Shown here: positions 57,593 through 64,000 of the stretch, in pieces
How positions within the stretch are numbered: the stretch's first letter is position 1
How the letters are laid out: each line of letters starts with the position of its first letter
Source: Candidatus Poriferisocius sp.
GTDB lineage: Bacteria > Actinomycetota > Acidimicrobiia > Acidimicrobiales > Bin134
Direction of reading: 5' to 3'
Length of the DNA stretch: 64,000 nucleotides
NCBI RefSeq assembly: GCF_965208475.1
Contig: NZ_OZ242338.1
Coordinates: 978,782-1,042,781 of the forward strand
The notes under the pieces: generated by a model
Database searches by the model: none
What the model saw: only the letters and a program-made list of their open reading frames with translations
Told to the model about the DNA's origin: nothing
Position numbers and translations under genes: made by a program

Positions 57593-58297
57593 CTAGCTCA
57601 AGACTTCGCGGGCGATGTCGGGCACGTCGGTGATGACGGCGTCGGCGCCCATGGCGGCCAGTTGGGTGATTTGGTCGGGGTCGTTGACGGTCCAGACGTT
57701 GACCTCTAGGCCGGCGGCATGAGCGGCCTCCACCAGGGCCTGGCTGGTGGAGGCCACATAGGGATGAATTGCTGTATGGCCAGCAGAGGCCACCCGGTCG
57801 ACCAACAGGTCGGGAGCCAGTACCTCGAAGGTCAGGTAGGCGGTGGGAATCCCGGGGTCGATGGCCCTGATGCGGTTGAGGGCTTCCATGTCGAACGACG
57901 AGACGATTACCCCGCCGCCGTGGTCGCCGATGCCCCAGCCCAGAACCAATCCGGCCACCGCGGCCGACACCTGGTGCTCAGTGTCATAGTCGGGGTCACC
58001 GGGTGCGCTCTTGATCTCGATGTTGATGACGAACTCCCGCTCGGCGGTCGGATTCCGGCACACTTCCATGACCTCGGCCAGTGTCGGCACCCAGTCGGGC
58101 AATTCATCGTCTTGCAGGTCGATGATGGCCCGGCCGTCGGGCAGATGAGCGTCGTGGTGAGCTACCAGCACCTCGTTGGCCGTCCTCCTGACGTCGAGCT
58201 CCACACCGTCGGCGTTCAGCCGCACTGCGGCCCGAAATGCCTCTAGCGTGTTCTCCCTCTCAGCCGCCGACGCCCCCCGATGGGCGATCACCCTCAC
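57593..58297 (-). CDS. glpQ: Glycerophosphodiester phosphodiesterase
   Basis: VIAHRGASAAERENTLEAF opening and ITDVPD near the C-terminus. Confidence 0.88.
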   Translation of the reverse strand: MRVIAHRGASAAERENTLEAFRAAVRLNADGVELDVRRTANEVLVAHHDAHLPDGRAIIDLQDDELPDWVPTLAEVMEVCRNPTAEREFVINIEIKSAPGDPDYDTEHQVSAAVAGLVLGWGIGDHGGGVIVSSFDMEALNRIRAIDPGIPTAYLTFEVLAPDLLVDRVASAGHTAIHPYVASTSQALVEAAHAAGLEVNVWTVNDPDQITQLAAMGADAVITDVPDIAREVLS

Positions 58298-58424
58298 GGC
58301 AGCAATCTTGCCAACTCGGTGACGAAACCCATATTCACAACACCAACACGGCTACCAGAAGCCAACACATTCCCCAACAGCCCCTCTTGCCACATCAGCA
58401 CACCACCTCTATCCTTATAGCCGC

Positions 58425-58730
58425 GTGATGACCAAGAGTTTGCTTTTCGATTTCTACAACGCGGCTGAAGATTGGCGCTGCCAAGCGGCCTGCCGGGATA
58501 CCGACCCTGATCTGTTCTTTCCCGTGGGCAGCACCGGCCTGGCCCTCGAGCAGATCGAGTCGGCCAAGGTGGTCTGCCAGCAGTGCAACTCCCAAACCGC
58601 CTGTTTGGAGTTCGCTTTGGCCACCAACCAGGACTCTGGCGTCTGGGGCGGCAAGTCTGAGGATGAGCGGCGGCAACTTCGACGACTCAGGGTGGCCGAG
58701 CAGCGCCAAGCCCCCATCTTCTCGGTCTAG
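58425..58730 (+). CDS. whiB: WhiB-family redox-sensing transcription factor (WhiB1-like by context)
   Basis: C-x-(n)-C-x2-C-x5-C (CQAAC...CQQCNSQTAC), GVWGG turn and a basic tail. Adjacent to pdtaS, as whiB1 (Rv3219) is to Rv3220c. Confidence 0.88.
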   Translation: MMTKSLLFDFYNAAEDWRCQAACRDTDPDLFFPVGSTGLALEQIESAKVVCQQCNSQTACLEFALATNQDSGVWGGKSEDERRQLRRLRVAEQRQAPIFSV

Positions 58731-60223
58731 CCGCTAGCCGGGGAGCGGAACCCCAGCAGGGGGATCGCCACCTCCACCACTGTTCCGGGCCGGGGTGGGG
58801 CACTTGGGCCACTGCTCATGGTGATGCTCCCTCGCAGGTCGGTGCTCACCAGGTTTCGCACGATGGCGATCCCCAGCCCTTCGGTGTTGTCCACTTCGAA
58901 ACCAGCCGGGAGCCCCACTCCGTCGTCGGTTACCCGCACCTGCACTCGGTCGCCGTCGTTGTCCAGCTCGATCCGCACTTGCCCGCCGGGCGGCTCGGGG
59001 TAGGCGTGGTCCATCACATTCTGCAAGCACTCGTTGAGCACCACCGCCAGCGGTGTGGCCACATCGGCGGCCAGTTCCCCGGCATCGCCCGTCACCTTGA
59101 ACTCAACCGGCCGGTCGGGACCGGTCAGCCCCTCCTCCACCATGCGCACCAGCGACAGCACGATCTCGACGAAGGGCACGTCGCTGCTGGCATCACGCGA
59201 CAAAATCTCGTGGACGATGGCGATCGCCCGGATGCGCCTCACCGACTCCTCGATGGCATCTCGGGCCTCCGCTGCGGTGACCCGGCGCCCTTGTAGGCGC
59301 AATAGCGAGGACACCGTCTGGAGGTTGTTCTTCACCCGGTGGTGGATCTCGGCGATAGTGGCGTCTTTGGACATCAACAGGCGGTCTCGACGGCGCAACT
59401 CGGAGATGTCCCGCATCAGGACCAATGCCCCGGTCACCTCTCCCCCGCCGATCAGCGGCAGGCAGCGCAGCACCACCGTGCTCTGATCGCCGTGCTGGAT
59501 CTCCTCGGTCTGGGGAAGACGGGAGGCGAATGCAGCTCGGATGGCCCGCTGCTCCAGACCGATCTCCACCAGCCGGCGGCCCTCGACCTCGCTGTGGAGT
59601 CCGATGCGGTGCAAGGCCGAAGCGGCATTGGGCGAGATGAGCAGAACTCGGCCGGAGGCGTCCAGCAGCATCAGGCCGTCGCCCACCCGGGGGGATTCCT
59701 CTGTCTCGATGTCGTCTACCGGGAACGGGTATTCCCCCTCGGCGATCATGGCCGCCAGCCGCCGGAACAGCTTGAAGTAGCTCATCTCCAACTCGCCGGG
59801 ATTCCGCTGGATGTCGGGGTCGAACTCCCGGGCCATCACCGCGATCACCTCGCCGTGGCAGCTCACCGGCACGGTCAGCGTGCGGATGCGGGGCTGGTCG
59901 GCTCGACCGATGCGCCCGCCGTCGGTGATCCTCCCCTCGCGGTAGGCCACGTCCACCAGCGGACGCTGCTCGGGGGCGAAGACAGCCCCCACCAGATCGC
60001 TTCGATGCACCGATCGGGCGGTGGTGGGCCGGATCTGGCCTGCGATGGCATAGCCGTTTGGGCCCTCGGCTGGGCGGTTTTGGGCCACCCGACTAGTGGG
60101 CACGTACAGCAGCAGGTCGGCGAAGGAGATGTCGGCCAGCGGCGCCCATGTCCGCATCAGCCTCTGGAGATGGTTCAGACGCGACTGGGGCAGGCCGGGG
60201 GCCAATTCCTCCAGGCTCGCCAT
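58727..60223 (-). CDS. pdtaS: GAF/PAS sensor histidine kinase, PdtaS type
   Basis: HisKA_2 H-box EIHHRVKNNLQTVSSLL and HATPase motifs (DDGVGLP, EGLGIAIV). Confidence 0.85.
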   Translation of the reverse strand: MASLEELAPGLPQSRLNHLQRLMRTWAPLADISFADLLLYVPTSRVAQNRPAEGPNGYAIAGQIRPTTARSVHRSDLVGAVFAPEQRPLVDVAYREGRITDGGRIGRADQPRIRTLTVPVSCHGEVIAVMAREFDPDIQRNPGELEMSYFKLFRRLAAMIAEGEYPFPVDDIETEESPRVGDGLMLLDASGRVLLISPNAASALHRIGLHSEVEGRRLVEIGLEQRAIRAAFASRLPQTEEIQHGDQSTVVLRCLPLIGGGEVTGALVLMRDISELRRRDRLLMSKDATIAEIHHRVKNNLQTVSSLLRLQGRRVTAAEARDAIEESVRRIRAIAIVHEILSRDASSDVPFVEIVLSLVRMVEEGLTGPDRPVEFKVTGDAGELAADVATPLAVVLNECLQNVMDHAYPEPPGGQVRIELDNDGDRVQVRVTDDGVGLPAGFEVDNTEGLGIAIVRNLVSTDLRGSITMSSGPSAPPRPGTVVEVAIPLLGFRSPASG

Positions 60224-60257
60224 CGGCCAAGCTTATTGTCTGACAACCAGGAGCGGA

Positions 60258-60488
60258 TCAGCTCCCGAAACCGATGGATCGGCCGGCGGCCGAGGGGTCG
60301 AGCTCCACATAGGCCACGCTGGTGGCCGGAACTCCCACCTCGCGGCCCCGATGGTCGGTCAGCCACAGCATCTCGCCGGATGCCAACCCCGAGGTGATGG
60401 CCTCTTTGACCGACTCCACATCGGAGTCGGGATCCAATTCCACCTCGATTTCCTTCTGGCTCCGGATCACGCCGATACGCACATGCAT
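60258..60488 (-). CDS. DUF3107 family small protein
   Basis: ATG at 60488 gives a 76-aa protein, MHVRIGVIRSQKEIEVELD...LWLTDHRGREVGVPATSVAYVELD, matching the DUF3107 pattern. The longer ORF N-terminus looks non-coding. Confidence 0.7.
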   Translation of the reverse strand: MHVRIGVIRSQKEIEVELDPDSDVESVKEAITSGLASGEMLWLTDHRGREVGVPATSVAYVELDPSAAGRSIGFGS

Positions 60489-60516
60489 TGAATGAACTCC
60501 TTGGGATTCGATCCTG

Positions 60517-61359
60517 CTAATTGATCTTGAGCTCTGGGCTGTAGATGCGCCGGGGCGGTGGGTTGTCCACCAAGTGGGCGGCCATTGCCGAGAATGCCCG
60601 GCCGGCCTCAGAGCCAGGGGCCTTGGCCGCGATGGGGCGACCGGCATCAGCACCCTCCCGCAGCGCGGGCAGCAGCGGCACCTGCCCGATCAGGGGCACA
60701 CCGAGTTTTTCGGCCAACTCTTGGCCTCCGCCGGCGCCGAACAGCTCATATCGCTTGCCGTCGTCTCCGGTGAACCAGCTCATGTTCTCGATCACCCCCC
60801 GCACGGTGAGGTTCACCTTCTCGGCCATGAACGCGGCTCGCTGGGCTACCCGCTGGGCCGCGGGCTGGGGGGTGGTCACCACATACACCTCGGAGCGGGG
60901 GAGGAACTGGGCCAGCGAGATGGAGATGTCCCCGGTGCCCGGCGGCAGGTCGACCAGCAGAAAATCGGGGTCGTCCCACGCCACGTCGGTGAGGAACTGC
61001 TCCAGGGCTTTGTGGAGCATGGGCCCCCGCCAGATGACCGCCTGGTCCTCTTCGGCGAAGAACCCCATGGAAATGCACCGCACATTGTGGGCTTGGGGGG
61101 GCACGATCATCTCGCCGGCCATTTCGGGAAGCCGGTCGATTCCCAGCATCTTGGGAACGGAGAAGCCCCACACGTCGGCATCCACCACCGCGGTGCGGTG
61201 CCCGGCCGCAGCCAGGGCCACCCCCAGGTTCACCGTGACCGACGATTTGCCCACACCGCCCTTGCCGGAGGCGATCAGCATCACCCGCGTGGTGGATGCC
61301 GGATCTGCGAAGGGGATGGCCCGGCGCGGCGGGGTGGGGGTGTCGCCGGCGGGAGCCAT
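60517..61359 (-). CDS. mrp: Mrp/ApbC/NBP35-family Fe-S cluster carrier ATPase (no N-terminal DUF59 domain)
   Basis: Deviant Walker A SGKGGVGKSSV, plus DLPPGTGD and an ENMS motif. Confidence 0.88.
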   Translation of the reverse strand: MAPAGDTPTPPRRAIPFADPASTTRVMLIASGKGGVGKSSVTVNLGVALAAAGHRTAVVDADVWGFSVPKMLGIDRLPEMAGEMIVPPQAHNVRCISMGFFAEEDQAVIWRGPMLHKALEQFLTDVAWDDPDFLLVDLPPGTGDISISLAQFLPRSEVYVVTTPQPAAQRVAQRAAFMAEKVNLTVRGVIENMSWFTGDDGKRYELFGAGGGQELAEKLGVPLIGQVPLLPALREGADAGRPIAAKAPGSEAGRAFSAMAAHLVDNPPPRRIYSPELKIN

Positions 61360-61415
61360 GCCGGTAGATTACGGCATCAACCCAGAAATCCCTGTGCCGT
61401 GAGCACTCCATCGCC

Positions 61416-62552
61416 GTGACCAGTCGCCACTACCTCGACCACGCCTCCACCTCGCCCATCAGGCCTGAGGCGGTGGCGGCGATGAACCGCTGGTGGGCCG
61501 CGGGCCATGGCGACCCCTCCCGGATGCACGCTGAGGCGCTGGCCGCCCGATACGAAATCGAGCAGGCCCGCCAGCAGGTAGCCGACTGCTTCGGCGCCCG
61601 ATCCCGAGAGGTGGTCTTCACCAGCGGGGCCACCGAGTCGATCGCGGCCGCAGTGTGGGGGGCATCGCAACGGGGCCCCCATCAAGTGCTGAGCGCGGTG
61701 GAGCACTCCGCGGTGCGGCTGTCGGCGCAACGCCTATCGACCCGAGGACACCGCGCCACCGTGGTCGGGGCCGACGGCACAGGACGGGTGGACCCCGACG
61801 AGATGGCCGCGGCCATTGAGCCGGATACTACGGCGGTCCACTGCCAGTGGGCCAACCACGAGGTGGGGACGGTGCAGCCGGTGGCCGAGGTGGTGGCCGC
61901 TTGTCGAGAGCGGTCCCCCGATGTGCTGGTCCACGTGGACGCCGCCGCCGCCGCGGGGCGGATTCCGGTCGGCTTTGAAGAGGTCGGCGCCGATTTGCTG
62001 TCGATCAGCGCCCACAAGTTCGGGGGCCCGCCAGGGATCGGGGCCTTGCTGGTGCGCCGCGGGCTTCGCCTGGCCCCGCTATTGGAGGGCGGCGAGCAGG
62101 AGCGGGCCCGGCGGGCCGGGCTGGAGAACGGCGCAGCCATCGCCGGCTTTGGAGCAGCGTGCGCCGCTCTCGAGGACGGTGCCTTGGAGCGAGAGGCCTT
62201 CAGGGCTCAAAGTCAAACCGACAGAATCCGAGACAAGGCGCAAGACATCGAAAACGTCGTGTTCTACGGCCATCCCACCCATCGCTTGCCTCACTTGGTG
62301 TGTTTGGGCATCGGCGATGTGGAACCCCAGGCCGTTCTGATCGCCTTGGACCGCGCTGGCGTGGCAGCTCATTCGGGCAGTTCCTGCGCCTCAGAGTCGC
62401 TGGAGCCGTCGCCGGTGCTCGAGGCCATGGGCGTTGACGCCCATCATTCGCTGCGTCTTTCAGTGGGGTGGTCAACCACCGACGCTGATGGGGAAGCGGC
62501 CGTCGAAGCCCTCGAAGAAGCTCTGGCCGAATTGCGCAAGCTGCGCAGCTAG
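61416..62552 (+). CDS. Cysteine desulfurase (class V aminotransferase, NifS/IscS-like)
   Basis: PLP lysine SISAHKFGGPPG and catalytic HSGSSCASE. Confidence 0.88.
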   Translation: MTSRHYLDHASTSPIRPEAVAAMNRWWAAGHGDPSRMHAEALAARYEIEQARQQVADCFGARSREVVFTSGATESIAAAVWGASQRGPHQVLSAVEHSAVRLSAQRLSTRGHRATVVGADGTGRVDPDEMAAAIEPDTTAVHCQWANHEVGTVQPVAEVVAACRERSPDVLVHVDAAAAAGRIPVGFEEVGADLLSISAHKFGGPPGIGALLVRRGLRLAPLLEGGEQERARRAGLENGAAIAGFGAACAALEDGALEREAFRAQSQTDRIRDKAQDIENVVFYGHPTHRLPHLVCLGIGDVEPQAVLIALDRAGVAAHSGSSCASESLEPSPVLEAMGVDAHHSLRLSVGWSTTDADGEAAVEALEEALAELRKLRS

Positions 62553-62925
62553 CCCAGCCAATCGAAGAAGTCAGCGCCGGCCAACGCGCTGGAGACGCCG
62601 TTTAGATCCTCGACGTGCAAGAACTCAAACCCGGCGGCCTCGGCGTAATAGCGGTCGACGTCGGTGTCGCCGATGTGGATGTAGCGGGAGGCCTCAAACT
62701 GGCTGCGCACCTCGTCCAAGCGGTGCTTGCCCCCCACGAAATCAACGTCGATTTGGTGGATATCCCACAGTCGCTGCTGGTCAGAGCGCACCCGGTCGGA
62801 GCCGCTGCCGATCACGTAGCCCCTGGCCTTGGCCTGCCGCATGGCCTCCAGCAAGATAGGCCCCGGCGGATCGCCGCACTCCAGCGTGCCGTCGATGTCG
62901 AACGAGATGAGGATGGAGGCAGCAT
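62549..62925 (-). CDS. Small HAD-superfamily hydrolase; start codon region disturbed
   Basis: HAD motif I ILISFDIDGT (codons at 62914-62885) lies in frame upstream of the first canonical start (TTG 62854). The ATG at 62925 is out of frame by one nucleotide. Confidence 0.6.
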
Positions 62926-62955
62926 ACTGCCCAAACGCGTCGCTAACGTGACGAG

Positions 62956-63636
62956 ATGACTCATCGCCGTCCCACTGATGTGCTCGCAGAAACGGTGGAA
63001 GTCAGCGGCCAGGATGTGCTTGATGTTGGCTGCGGCGAGGGCCAGCTGGTTCGCTGGCTGCGCGGCCATGGCGCCCGTGCCGTCGGCGCTGATTGCGGCG
63101 CCGAGATGCTGAACCGAGCTCTCCAGGCCGATCCCGAACATCCGGAGTGCTATGTGGACGCGCCCGGCCAGGCCCTTCCGTTCGACGACCAGTCTTTTGA
63201 TGTCGTCGTCTTCTCGAACTCCCTTCACCACATCCCGACAGCCGACATGGGCCTAGCCTTGGCTGAGGCGGGTCGCGTGCTCCGCCCCGGTGGCCAGCTC
63301 TATGTGGCCGAGCCTGAAATCGACGGACCTGAGGATTCGGTCGGATACCCGGTTATCGACGAGACCGAGGTTCGAACCGCCGCCCAGCAAGCGCTTGACG
63401 GCCTGGATCAGCGACAGTTCGGCCCGCTGCGCCGATTCAACTACAGCTCGGAGACCGTTTACGAGAGCTTCGACCAATGGTGCGATCTCGTGGTGGGCAT
63501 CGACCCCGGCCGAGCCAGTGCGCTTGATGTCCACAAGGACGACCTTGATGAGCGATTCCATCGTCTCGGAGAGCGTCGATCCGATGGCTGGGTCTTCACC
63601 AATCACAGCCTGGTCAGCGTCGCTACCAGGAGCTGA
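62956..63636 (+). CDS. Class I SAM-dependent methyltransferase
   Basis: VLDVGCGEGQL motif I and FDVVVFSNSLHH motif. Confidence 0.85.
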   Translation: MTHRRPTDVLAETVEVSGQDVLDVGCGEGQLVRWLRGHGARAVGADCGAEMLNRALQADPEHPECYVDAPGQALPFDDQSFDVVVFSNSLHHIPTADMGLALAEAGRVLRPGGQLYVAEPEIDGPEDSVGYPVIDETEVRTAAQQALDGLDQRQFGPLRRFNYSSETVYESFDQWCDLVVGIDPGRASALDVHKDDLDERFHRLGERRSDGWVFTNHSLVSVATRS

Positions 63637-63693
63637 ACCAGCGAGGCAGAAGTTCAGCCCAGTGATGTCTGCGGCTGCTGTGATGTGCTCCTT

Positions 63694-64000
63694 TCAGCGG
63701 TTGGCGACGTCACCAAGCGGATCGAAGGTGACCAGCAGCGTTGTGCGGCCTCGCAGGATGTAGCTGTCCATGAAGGCGTCGGTGTGATCGTCGGCCAGGG
63801 CCAGGTTGGGAAGGTCCAACATGGCGTTGGTGCCCACCTTGGCCTCTAAGCGGGCCAAACCTTGGCCGATGCAATAGTGCTCGCCGTATCCGAAGGCCAC
63901 ATGGTCGTTGGATTCCCGGTCGATGTTGAAAGCGTCAGGCATCGGGCATGCTTCAGGATCTCGGTTGGCGGCCGCGAATGCCAGCCACGCGAACTCTCCC
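63694..64000 (-). CDS. Cytochrome P450, C-terminal part (gene continues past window end)
   Basis: Heme-binding loop FGYGEHYCIGQGLAR. The frame stays open to position 64000. Confidence 0.88.
   Translation of the reverse strand, partial: GEFAWLAFAAANRDPEACPMPDAFNIDRESNDHVAFGYGEHYCIGQGLARLEAKVGTNAMLDLPNLALADDHTDAFMDSYILRGRTTLLVTFDPLGDVANR

Overview
High-GC, actinobacterial-type chromosomal segment. The class is unresolved; Acidimicrobiia-like is only a guess. The backbone from about 1 to 24.6 kb runs on the minus strand and keeps the gene order known from Mycobacterium tuberculosis Rv1292-Rv1308: argS-lysA-hom-thrC-(thrB slot)-rho-rpmE-prfA-prmC-tsaC ... wecA-atpI/B/E/F/H/A. There are four departures from that order. 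(1) A 5.3-kb WXG100 plus EssC/EccC-like type VII secretion cassette lies between lysA and hom. (2) An ApgM-family protein sits in the thrB slot. (3) glyA, rpiB and a molybdopterin oxidoreductase lie between wecA and tsaC. (4) Short tandem duplications at two gene junctions create chains of tiny stop/start-overlapping ORFs. A tRNA-Arg(CCG) at 24648-24720 is the attachment site of a decaying 6.2-kb island bounded by a 24-bp direct repeat. The island carries a frameshifted integrase, a fused nucleotidyltransferase-HEPN protein, a secreted metzincin with an in-frame TAG, a lipoprotein and an ISL3 remnant. The rest of the window holds: an oxygenase cluster (esterase, TetR, Rieske, Baeyer-Villiger monooxygenase, SnoaL); an ABC block (membrane-anchored binding protein, a single-polypeptide LivH-LivM-LivF-LivG importer, a full-length asymmetric exporter); NfeD-flotillin; an FrhB-like protein; UdgB; a conserved actinobacterial trio of unknown function; etfBA; a lipid kinase; an inserted XRE-ImmA-antitoxin/PIN module; glpQ; whiB-pdtaS; and Fe-S genes. 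Three reading-frame breaks lie at short C/G runs, so homopolymer sequencing error must be excluded before calling them biological. All calls come from reading the translations and the DNA by eye. No searches were run.
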